Below, in pieces: positions 45,272 to 52,244 of a DNA stretch of 64,000 nucleotides (its first letter is position 1; each line of letters opens with the position of its first letter). The position numbers and the translations under genes are program-made. Under the pieces are notes generated by a model. The model ran no database searches. It saw only the letters and a program-made list of their open reading frames with translations, and was not told the origin of the DNA. This DNA is from a virus, in the IMG/VR virus record IMGVR_UViG_3300010938_000006, positions 1 to 64,000 of that record; one strand, 5' to 3'.

Positions 45272-45287
45272 TGGCATTGACGTTGCA
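45272..45287 (+). promoter_or_regulatory. sigma-54-type promoter motif P4
   Basis: TGGCATTGACGTTGCA, 15/16 identical to P3, 38 nt upstream of ATG 45325. Confidence 0.6.
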
Positions 45288-45324
45288 TTTAATAACAGTG
45301 TAACTCAATATGGAGTAAAGTACA

Positions 45325-45567
45325 ATGAGTGTATACGTAACAATTAGCTGTAACGAATGTAAATCAGACTTAGGATATGGTAACGCCGTTGCATCGGTAA
45401 CTATTCGAGACGGAATAGAGTACCACATACACCACACGTTTAATTGTGGCTGTAAAGATAACATGCAAGCGTGTACTAAAGTGTATAACCCTAAAGAGTA
45501 TGATATAACCGTATGTAAATACTGTAATAGTAAAGATTTATATAGTTCATACGAATGCGACGAATAG
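45325..45567 (+). CDS. Cys-rich zinc-finger protein
   Basis: CNEC...CGC...C...CKYC in 80 aa. SD ATGGAGTAAAG. Confidence 0.55.
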   Translation: MSVYVTISCNECKSDLGYGNAVASVTIRDGIEYHIHHTFNCGCKDNMQACTKVYNPKEYDITVCKYCNSKDLYSSYECDE

Positions 45568-45785
45568 GAATGCATATGGTAACATGGTGTTATAAATGCC
45601 GTAAATTTATATGGGAATGCAAGTGTGCTAAACACAATTGCAATTATTGTAAAGATACTGGAATACAATGGTATTCTATTAGAATTAAAGACGGTATCGA
45701 CGCTGACAGAGACATATGCGACTATTGCAACGCATTCGATAAGAGTATTGAGGCTAATAAACATAAGATTGGAGTGTGCAAATAA
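45555..45785 (+). CDS. Cys-rich zinc-finger protein
   Basis: CYKC..CKC..CNYC...CDYC in 76 aa. Confidence 0.5.
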   Translation: MRRIGMHMVTWCYKCRKFIWECKCAKHNCNYCKDTGIQWYSIRIKDGIDADRDICDYCNAFDKSIEANKHKIGVCK

Positions 45786-45786
45786 C

Positions 45787-46440
45787 ATGCCTAAACCTAA
45801 GATTTACAATTGGCTTAGTATCAATTCTAAACTTGCTAAGATTAGCGGTGTTAAGACGTTTAACTTCGGTATTCCAGCGTATAAGTCTAAGACGGGGTTT
45901 AGTATGTGCCCTAATGCTGCAGCGTGTGCAATTGGCTGTTATGCAACTATGAGGGCATATACATTCTCGAACGTTGCTAAAGTATTCGAAGCAAGGCTAA
46001 AGTTTACCCAATTTGCAGAATTTATACCAACTATGAATGCTGAATTGCAACGCCGTAAAGTACAACGTTTACGGATACATGACAGCGGTGATTTTTATAG
46101 TCGAGAATATTTAGACGCTTGGCTAAGTATTATTAGACTTAATCTCGCCATACAATTCTATGTATATACTAAGATGGTATCAATGTTCAAGTCAATTGTA
46201 GATATCATGCCAAGTAACTTTAATGTGGTGTACTCATACGGCGGTATAGAGGATAAGTTGATTAACCGTGAGACTGACAGGCATTCTTATGTATTCCCAA
46301 GCCTTGACGCATTGCAAGCCAAGGGTTATGCCGATGCATCTAAAGACGATGCCGTGGTATTGGGTACTAATCCTAAGATTAGCTTAGTATATCATGGTAC
46401 TAAGAATTATACTAATACGTATTGGAATAGAGTTAAATAG
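45787..46440 (+). CDS. GP88-like protein (Cys-cluster SMCPNAAACAIGCYA)
   Basis: Start set to ATG 45787 (MPKPKIYNW...). Motifs CPNAAACAIGCYA and RIHDSGDFYS recall the GP88 family. The assignment is from memory only. Confidence 0.45.
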   Translation: MPKPKIYNWLSINSKLAKISGVKTFNFGIPAYKSKTGFSMCPNAAACAIGCYATMRAYTFSNVAKVFEARLKFTQFAEFIPTMNAELQRRKVQRLRIHDSGDFYSREYLDAWLSIIRLNLAIQFYVYTKMVSMFKSIVDIMPSNFNVVYSYGGIEDKLINRETDRHSYVFPSLDALQAKGYADASKDDAVVLGTNPKISLVYHGTKNYTNTYWNRVK

Positions 46441-46448
46441 AGGTAAAT

Positions 46449-46586
46449 ATGCAATTCCATTGTTATAAAGATAAGTATCAAGGGCACGCATTCAAGTATC
46501 CTAATGGTATTGAGGTAAATTGTTACAACGGCAACGTATCATATAGCAACGTGTGTGTGCCAAGCCTTGGAGTAACTAATGTCTAA
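46449..46586 (+). CDS. 45-aa hypothetical protein
   Basis: SD AGAGGTAAAT then ATG. MQFHCYKDKYQGHAFKYPNGIEVNCYNGNVSYSNVCVPSLGVTNV. Confidence 0.4.
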   Translation: MQFHCYKDKYQGHAFKYPNGIEVNCYNGNVSYSNVCVPSLGVTNV

Positions 46587-46686
46587 GATTAAATCATTGA
46601 TTAATAGTTCTACAACTACAACTATTAAATCTAGAATACAATTAGTTGCGGTATATGCTACGGCACTATTGTTAAGACTTATATAG
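46579..46686 (+). CDS. 35-aa hypothetical membrane peptide
   Basis: SD TTGGAGTAACTA then ATG. MSKIKSLINSSTTTTIKSRIQLVAVYATALLLRLI. Confidence 0.35.
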   Translation: MSKIKSLINSSTTTTIKSRIQLVAVYATALLLRLI

Positions 46687-46727
46687 TAGTTATACATAAT
46701 TCTAATTCTATTCAAGGCTAATGCCCT

Positions 46728-46743
46728 TGGCATAGCCAATGCA
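46728..46743 (+). promoter_or_regulatory. sigma-54-type promoter motif P5
   Basis: TGGCATAGCCAATGCA, immediately upstream of ORF 46756. Confidence 0.5.
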
Positions 46744-46755
46744 TTAGGATACAGT

Positions 46756-47373
46756 ATGATACATGATTTAAAGTGTGAATATAGAGGTAACAGAATTAGC
46801 GTGCAACTACTAAGCCAATATAGCGTTGTTAAAGTCAATGATACTTGGGTTAAGTCTGTTATCAATAGTAAATTAAAGTCTTTAATCAATGATATTAAGA
46901 ATGTTATAGATACTGAACATAGAGGTAAACATATGAAGTTAAATAACCGTAGTGTAACGTTACTAGAAGTCTTAGTTACGGGTATCATTATGGGAATGCT
47001 ATGCATGTTTACTATTCCCACTATTAAACTAATGGTAAAGTTGACCAAGCGTGCCGAAAATGCAAGCGTGCAATTAGCACACTAATCTGTAAATACCACG
47101 GTAACGGCAACGGCATTAGACCAAGTTAAGACTAGATGGGTATACGTATATGTACCTAATACTACAGACTGTAAACCCGTTGACATACAATATTGGATTA
47201 AACGCACGGCTAATAGAGTTATCACGTTGTATAAAGACGCACAATGTACCCAATCGTTTGGTACACTAAATGCATTGGATAACTTACGGTATGCTAATGA
47301 TACTACTAAGACGCTATGGGAGGTATCAGGGGATATCGCAACGTTACGTGTTCTATTAATCATATTCCCTTAA
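46756..47373 (+). pseudogene. type IV pilin-like protein interrupted by in-frame TAA (47083-47085)
   Basis: Internal SD AGAGGTAAACAT then ATG 46933. MKLNNRSVTLLEVLVTGIIMGMLCMF resembles a prepilin N-terminus. After the TAA, 95 further open codons contain a Cys pair (TDCKP...AQCTQ) but no start codon. Confidence 0.45.
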
Positions 47374-47416
47374 CAATTGAGTATTAAACTATAAACTATA
47401 GATTGGAGTAAATACA

Positions 47417-47728
47417 ATGAGTATCTCTAAAGTGTATAATATTAGACTTGATTTATATGAATTAGTTGACAACGGATACGGTGAACCGGCAACTTTAGAT
47501 ACACACGGTGAATCTATTGGTGAACTAATTGAGAATGTATTCTTCGAATATATCGGTAACAATGGAGACGATGCCATGTATGGTAACGGCGTGGATAACC
47601 TTGCAGAATTAGACGCTGCAACTAGGATTAAGGTTATTAATCTATTAGTTAAGACGTATAATGATTTAGTTGAACACGGTATCACTGACAGCGTATTCCT
47701 AAAGTATAAACAGACGGTTAAGGTGTAA
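47417..47728 (+). CDS. hypothetical acidic protein
   Basis: SD GATTGGAGTAAATACA then ATG. 103 aa. Confidence 0.6.
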   Translation: MSISKVYNIRLDLYELVDNGYGEPATLDTHGESIGELIENVFFEYIGNNGDDAMYGNGVDNLAELDAATRIKVINLLVKTYNDLVEHGITDSVFLKYKQTVKV

Positions 47729-47729
47729 C

Positions 47730-47939
47730 GTGTTACGTTCGGAATGCATATACTGTAACGGTATGGGTATATATTCTATTCAACTTGACACTGAGACTTG
47801 GCATACTGAATTGTGTAAACATTGCATTCCTAATTGCAATACGTGTGCCGATACTCGACGTGTAGAGTATGAGACTAGTAAACCGTGGCGGCCTAATGAA
47901 CGGTTTATAGAGCATAAACAGTGTCCAAATTGTAAATGA
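47730..47939 (+). CDS. DnaJ-type zinc-finger-like small protein
   Basis: CIYCNGMG ... CKHC ... CNTC ... CPNC. GTG start after AAGGTG. Confidence 0.5.
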   Translation: MLRSECIYCNGMGIYSIQLDTETWHTELCKHCIPNCNTCADTRRVEYETSKPWRPNERFIEHKQCPNCK

Positions 47940-47945
47940 GGATAT

Positions 47946-48086
47946 ATGCTTAATATTATTAATACAATTGTTATTGGAATGCTATTCAGCATATGGAGTA
48001 ACGAAGGATTAGTTAATGTTATCCTAAAGTTATCGTTCTTAGTTCTATTAGTTGTGAATATTTTAAACATTGCAGGTAAACTTTAA
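47946..48086 (+). CDS. 46-aa membrane peptide
   Basis: SD TGAGGATAT then ATG. MLNIINTIVIGMLFSIWSNEGLVNVILKLSFLVLLVVNILNIAGKL. Confidence 0.45.
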   Translation: MLNIINTIVIGMLFSIWSNEGLVNVILKLSFLVLLVVNILNIAGKL

Positions 48087-48099
48087 TTGAGATAAATAT

Positions 48100-48336
48100 A
48101 TGATTTTAAAGATCAATGCTAAATGCTCCGATTTATTTAGTGCGACTATTGAGCATAACAACGGCGACGTGCTATTGGAATATGATGGGTACGTACTTGA
48201 TTTTATGCCTAATGAGCATTATGGAGACTATATAGAATTGAGTATTGACACTGAGACAGGCAAAATTGTAGACTGGCCTAAGAATGCTGATAAGTTGATT
48301 AAACAGTTTATTGCTAAGCATAATGCTAAAGAATAG
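48100..48336 (+). CDS. hypothetical protein
   Basis: 78-aa ORF. Confidence 0.55.
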   Translation: MILKINAKCSDLFSATIEHNNGDVLLEYDGYVLDFMPNEHYGDYIELSIDTETGKIVDWPKNADKLIKQFIAKHNAKE

Positions 48337-48513
48337 ATGTAATCGACGTGCCAAGAATTGTTTAATTAACTTCATAATTCAATACTTTATCTAGATAATA
48401 CTCATTGCTATTATTAGTCTATGAGTATTAAACATAGAGACGGTACGGCTAATCTTAATAAAGTACAGCCTAATAATATTATATATAAGATTGCAGTATA
48501 ATTGAGGTAAATT

Positions 48514-48642
48514 ATGTATTCTGTAAATCAAGACGCTAATAATGCTTAATTGTGGCATGTTATTAACCTTGACACGTTTACAATTGTAAAGACTTTTAAT
48601 AGTAAAGACGATGCAACTAAGTATATGAAGTCTCTTAACTAA
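48514..48642 (+). pseudogene. small ORF interrupted by in-frame TAA (48547-48549)
   Basis: SD ATTGAGGTAAATT then ATG. MYSVNQDANNA*LWHVINLDTFTIVKTFNSKDDATKYMKSLN. Confidence 0.45.
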
Positions 48643-48654
48643 TGGAGTAAACAT

Positions 48655-49044
48655 ATGGATAACCTAATGGATAAGATTGCCCTTGAACGTTTACAGGCTG
48701 AATTAATCCAGCGTCGTGATAAGTTACAGGCTGAGACTAATACTATCGGTCTATTCCCGCCTAGTGAATTAAAAGTGTTAAAATCAGACTTGCAAGTTAC
48801 GTGCTATTTTATTGACCAAATTGACGCTGAATTAGAATACGTCGAACGTCAATTAGGTACCTATGCTAATCCTTTTATTGGCAATTATAGTGCCAAGTCT
48901 GGCATTGACGCCGCTAATAAAGATAGCATTCGAGACGCCCTGCAGAATGCGGGCATAGATAAGAATACTTTAACAACGGATAATGCTGATAATGATAATA
49001 TTGGCTTAGTTGATATTATTGACTTCGAGACTGGCCAAGGATAA
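48655..49044 (+). CDS. hypothetical protein
   Basis: SD ATGGAGTAAACAT then ATG. 129 aa. Confidence 0.6.
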   Translation: MDNLMDKIALERLQAELIQRRDKLQAETNTIGLFPPSELKVLKSDLQVTCYFIDQIDAELEYVERQLGTYANPFIGNYSAKSGIDAANKDSIRDALQNAGIDKNTLTTDNADNDNIGLVDIIDFETGQG

Positions 49045-49599
49045 CTTATATAGTTAACATTTACAGTAAAGGCACAATTAGTTAAGGGTTTAGGTATAGG
49101 CATATACATAGATAAGGGTTTATACTTGTAATTCCTATGCCTAGTTATCAATATAACCTAGTATAGTCTTAGTTGAATACTAGTTACTAGATATATTTAT
49201 ATAGTAACTGTTAAGTATTAATACACTAGTGGCAATTAATCACACTAGATATATAGATAAGTATTTAATAAGATTAGATAATAAGACTGTTATTGTATAG
49301 TATTTATATGGTATATAGCAACTATATTCACCATATCATACCCTCTGTATATTTATAATTAATCATTATCACTATTAAATCTGTCTCATACGCACTCATT
49401 ATATCACACTATTTACAATAAGTCAATACATTATTTAGATAATGTACCTAGTATACTACTACTATACTAGTTAATTATGTACTAATTATGGGGTGAGTGT
49501 GCTAACAATAGCATATTATACTTATTTACTATTATCATTATATGATATAAGTATATTATTATTTAATTATTATATTGCGCTTCTTATGCCGACAGATTT

Positions 49600-49610
49600 C
49601 CCCCCCCCCC
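49600..49610. repeat. C11 homopolymer
   Basis: Run of 11 C followed by TATATACCCC. Confidence 0.9.
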
Positions 49611-49971
49611 TATATACCCCTTAAGAATTAGCATTATATTATATAAGTATAATAGTATTATACGATATTAGTATTTAATCATTATATCATAATAGTATAT
49701 TATTACAATTCTTGTGCCGAGTGAGTGTGGCCCGATTTTTGCAATATAATCATTATAGTATAATATCATAATTTAATACTTTACTATTATTAGAATATAG
49801 TAGTATATACACTTTAGCTAATAAGTTAATATATTTGTATATGTTATGAAGTATGCAATAGGTGTGTAAGGATTATATATAGATAAGTAGTTGATATAAT
49901 TGAGAAAGGGGTATACGGTGGGAAATTTACCTCCTCCCCACACCCCTAGAGGTACAAAGACCTTGCAAACA

Positions 49972-50027
49972 GTTTTGAAATTTTTAAAAAAATTGAAAAA
50001 CGGGCATAGATATGGTACTATCTAGAC
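49972..50027 (+). promoter_or_regulatory. repeat element R1 (A-tract / CGGGC / GGTA / CTAGAC)
   Basis: TTTTGAAATTTTTAAAAAAATTGAAAAACGGGCATAGATATGGTACTATCTAGAC, similar to R2. Confidence 0.4.
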
Positions 50028-50306
50028 ATGCACGAGCTCTATATAGTAACTAAGTGCCTACAAGCTTTGAACCTAGACTTAATAGGATTCCCTCAAATGA
50101 TTATGATTATTAAGGTAGGAAGTATAGTCAAGGTTAATAGAGAACATACTATCATAGATACAGTAAATAAAGAAAACAAAATACATAATATATACATAGA
50201 CTTAATCCATCCTAGCTTAGCTAATAATCTATTAGTAAATAGAAAATCCTTCTACGAGTATACAGAGAAGTTCAAAGGACCAATGGTAGACCTCCTATAC
50301 AAATAA
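50028..50306 (+). CDS. LLY-tail family small protein
   Basis: IKVGSIVKVNREH strand. Ends MVDLLYK. The true start may be the internal MIMII. Confidence 0.5.
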   Translation: MHELYIVTKCLQALNLDLIGFPQMIMIIKVGSIVKVNREHTIIDTVNKENKIHNIYIDLIHPSLANNLLVNRKSFYEYTEKFKGPMVDLLYK

Positions 50307-50316
50307 GGGGGGGGGG
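50307..50316. repeat. G10 homopolymer
   Basis: Run of 10 G directly after the stop of the 50028 ORF, followed by AGTATACCC. Confidence 0.9.
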
Positions 50317-50352
50317 AGTATACCCTAATAAAATCGCAGGTTTGAGATAGGC

Positions 50353-50406
50353 CCTTTCAAAATTTAAAAAAAAATAAAAATCGAGCCTACGGTATATTCC
50401 CTAGAC
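50353..50406 (+). promoter_or_regulatory. repeat element R2
   Basis: CCTTTCAAAATTTAAAAAAAAATAAAAATCGAGCCTACGGTATATTCCCTAGAC, 32 nt upstream of ATG 50439. Confidence 0.4.
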
Positions 50407-50438
50407 TTAAGCAAAGAACATAGATATAATATTAACAA

Positions 50439-50798
50439 ATGGATTACCATATGCAACAAATAGCAGAATATATCTATATAGCCTTAAGCAGTAAATACTG
50501 CCATACTCCTTTACTTACTAGTGATCAACCTAAGCCTATATACTTATCTAAGCATAGATTCAAAGTAGCTATGAATAAATTAGTAGATAAGCCTGGATAT
50601 GAAATTATATTACAAATTGAAGTTCCTGATATACGAAAGTTCTATAATATCAAGTATATATTATCTAATATCTATGATATAGTATGCGTAGATTATACTA
50701 TTATTAAGACAGCTATATATTACTTTGAGAATGAACTAAAGAAGGTATTTGTAAGAGTACAAGATACTGAAATGACTAGAGTATTATATGAATTGTAA
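50439..50798 (+). CDS. LLY-tail family protein
   Basis: Ends MTRVLYEL. Confidence 0.5.
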   Translation: MDYHMQQIAEYIYIALSSKYCHTPLLTSDQPKPIYLSKHRFKVAMNKLVDKPGYEIILQIEVPDIRKFYNIKYILSNIYDIVCVDYTIIKTAIYYFENELKKVFVRVQDTEMTRVLYEL

Positions 50799-50818
50799 AG
50801 TAATGTAAAGAGTTGTAA

Positions 50819-50884
50819 ACCGTTCGAATCGAACGTGAGTTCGATGACGGGAACCTGGCGGCCTGCGGCGGGCTTCGCCTTTTC
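50819..50884 (+). terminator. GC-rich stem-loops after the 50439 gene
   Basis: CGTTCG-AAT-CGAACG hairpin, then GGCG-GGCTT-CGCC followed by TTTT. Confidence 0.4.
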
Positions 50885-50995
50885 GACTACCCTATTGACA
50901 CCATTTCGCTTTTCTGTTAAACTATAATAGTGAGCATAAAAATCTTTAATTACTCCGGCCTTATAGTTTCTAGCCCGTAATGGAACACATGGAGT

Positions 50996-51199
50996 ATAGA
51001 TAATTGTAGTTTTAAATTTGACCAACGAGTTGTAGTTACAGGTCAATATTTAAACGACCAAATAGTTCACGTTACTATTCATTGCCCTGAAACTGCTGCC
51101 CTTTCAGCTATGCAGATAGTCATGACTGAAGAACAACTTTATAAGATGGTATTACCTATAAATACTAATATTTCCAAGACTTTATATGCTTCCGAGTAA
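50996..51199 (+). pseudogene. LLY-tail family ORF without a canonical start (ATA at 50996)
   Basis: Frame is open from 50981: (ATA)DNCSFKFDQRVVVTGQYLNDQIVHVTIH...ISKTLYASE. No ATG/GTG/TTG until late in the frame. The end embeds the next ATG. Confidence 0.45.
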
Positions 51200-51467
51200 T
51201 GATTGGATAGATACGGCTGGTGTTAGTTGTTATCAATATAAAGCTGTGGTTGTTAATCAGTCTATAGAACAGTTTATGCATTTTGAGGTTGGGACTAAGG
51301 TTATAATCCATTATATACTTAAGGATAATAAAGTAATTAGTATATTAGTACTCAATCCTAAAACTGGTGTACAAATGATATTTGATTCTGTTTTTTCCAG
51401 CATTGAAGAAATTAATAAGACTTTCCTTAATATAAACATTAGGTTAGCGAAGAAACTATATGAGTGA
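51186..51467 (+). CDS. LLY-tail family small protein
   Basis: Ends RLAKKLYE. Confidence 0.55.
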   Translation: MLPSNDWIDTAGVSCYQYKAVVVNQSIEQFMHFEVGTKVIIHYILKDNKVISILVLNPKTGVQMIFDSVFSSIEEINKTFLNINIRLAKKLYE

Positions 51468-51954
51468 TAAATATAAGATTTTTCCTGAAGACTCTAAGGC
51501 TTGGCCCTTTGAGGCTAAAAGTGGTTTAGTAGAAGAATTACAAAAACAACAATACGAAACTAAATTACGGAAAATGGAACACATTATTCGTGCCTATCCA
51601 GGCTCTATAGATAGCACTATTAAGCCTAATCTAAATTCTAAAGAACGTATTAAAGAACGATTAGAGCAACAATTAACTAATATTGAAAAAGATTTAGAGA
51701 ATATAAAACAAAATTTAGATAGAATTCCTAATATTAAATACGACGTTGGTATGGCAGTATTTCATAAAAGTATGGGTAATGCCATTATTACTAATATTTA
51801 TTTGAATGAAATGGACGGTATTAATTTGCCAGTCCAGGCCGACTTTACTGATGGTTATGTATACGAGATCGTTGGCGTACAAGGCAAATTTAAGGCTAGA
51901 GAGCATGAGCTAATACCAATAACCGAACTTACTACTAATCTTTACTGCAAATGA
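51460..51954 (+). CDS. LLY-tail family protein (longer, coiled-coil N-half)
   Basis: Ends LTTNLYCK. Confidence 0.5.
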   Translation: MSDKYKIFPEDSKAWPFEAKSGLVEELQKQQYETKLRKMEHIIRAYPGSIDSTIKPNLNSKERIKERLEQQLTNIEKDLENIKQNLDRIPNIKYDVGMAVFHKSMGNAIITNIYLNEMDGINLPVQADFTDGYVYEIVGVQGKFKAREHELIPITELTTNLYCK

Positions 51955-52244
51955 GCGTAAATTGCTTATATGAACCAGGCGAATTAGTAAAGCTAATTAC
52001 GCACGAAATTCATGAAGAAGGTAGAGCTATTTCTGAATATTGGGAATATTGGATAGTTACTGGAGTTTATTTAGTTACGGAAATTGATACTTATGAATAC
52101 TCTTCTAGAACTCCTTGTTTTACTTATACTTTAGTAAGCATAGCTGACAGACAAAGAAAAACGATAAATATACCGGAACATAAGCTAATCCCCTTAACCG
52201 ATTCAGAGGAGTCTTATATAAGGCTATTATATGGCCAGAAATAG
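51951..52244 (+). CDS. LLY-tail family small protein
   Basis: YEPGELVKLI strand. Ends YIRLLYGQK. Confidence 0.55.
   Translation: MSVNCLYEPGELVKLITHEIHEEGRAISEYWEYWIVTGVYLVTEIDTYEYSSRTPCFTYTLVSIADRQRKTINIPEHKLIPLTDSEESYIRLLYGQK

Larger units (their letters stand above)
49050..50027. other. ORF-free, extremely AT-rich repeat/hairpin region (candidate origin, genome terminus or promoter hub)
   Basis: No ORF of 60 aa or more on either strand. Short inverted repeats (AGTTACT...AGTAACT; CTAGTATA...TATACTAG). Duplicated TTCTTRTGCCGA and GTGAGTGTG boxes. ATATATAGATAAGTA occurs twice. Confidence 0.5.

Noticed and set aside
44452-49151. Long minus-strand ORFs in the island (44452..44940, 45198..45788, 46539..47048, 47082..47363, 47389..47685, 47733..47915, 47780..48070, 48172..48375, 48391..48654, 48885..49151)
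   Set aside because: They are antisense to plus-strand ORFs that have SD motifs and sensible products. Their translations are low-complexity and hydrophobic, and they lack SDs. They are explained by the RNY codon periodicity of the sense genes.
49050-50030. CRISPR array or tandem-repeat locus in the AT-rich gap
   Set aside because: The repeats are short, imperfect and irregularly spaced, with no constant repeat-spacer periodicity.
50819-50833. 6-bp stem/3-nt loop hairpin as an N4-type virion-RNAP promoter
   Set aside because: It is a single occurrence, there is no virion RNAP gene in the window, and it is adjacent to a terminator-like stem. More simply, it is part of a terminator cluster.
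50800-50900. Possible tRNA, because of TTCGAA/TTCGAT strings
   Set aside because: No cloverleaf can be drawn. The TTCGAAT lies in a simple 6-bp/3-nt hairpin, and the rest forms a terminator-like stem.
50720-51046. 108-aa minus-strand ORF
   Set aside because: It spans a terminator-like GC-rich hairpin region and the 5' part of a plus-strand LLY-family ORF. It has no SD and runs against the transcription direction of the arm.
5136-51199. In-frame stops as random sequencing or assembly errors, or miscalls from a modified base
   Set aside because: Errors should hit long essential genes in proportion to their length, but about 7000 codons of large ORFs have none. No shared sequence motif was seen around the affected positions. 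Error is still possible for the two indel sites.
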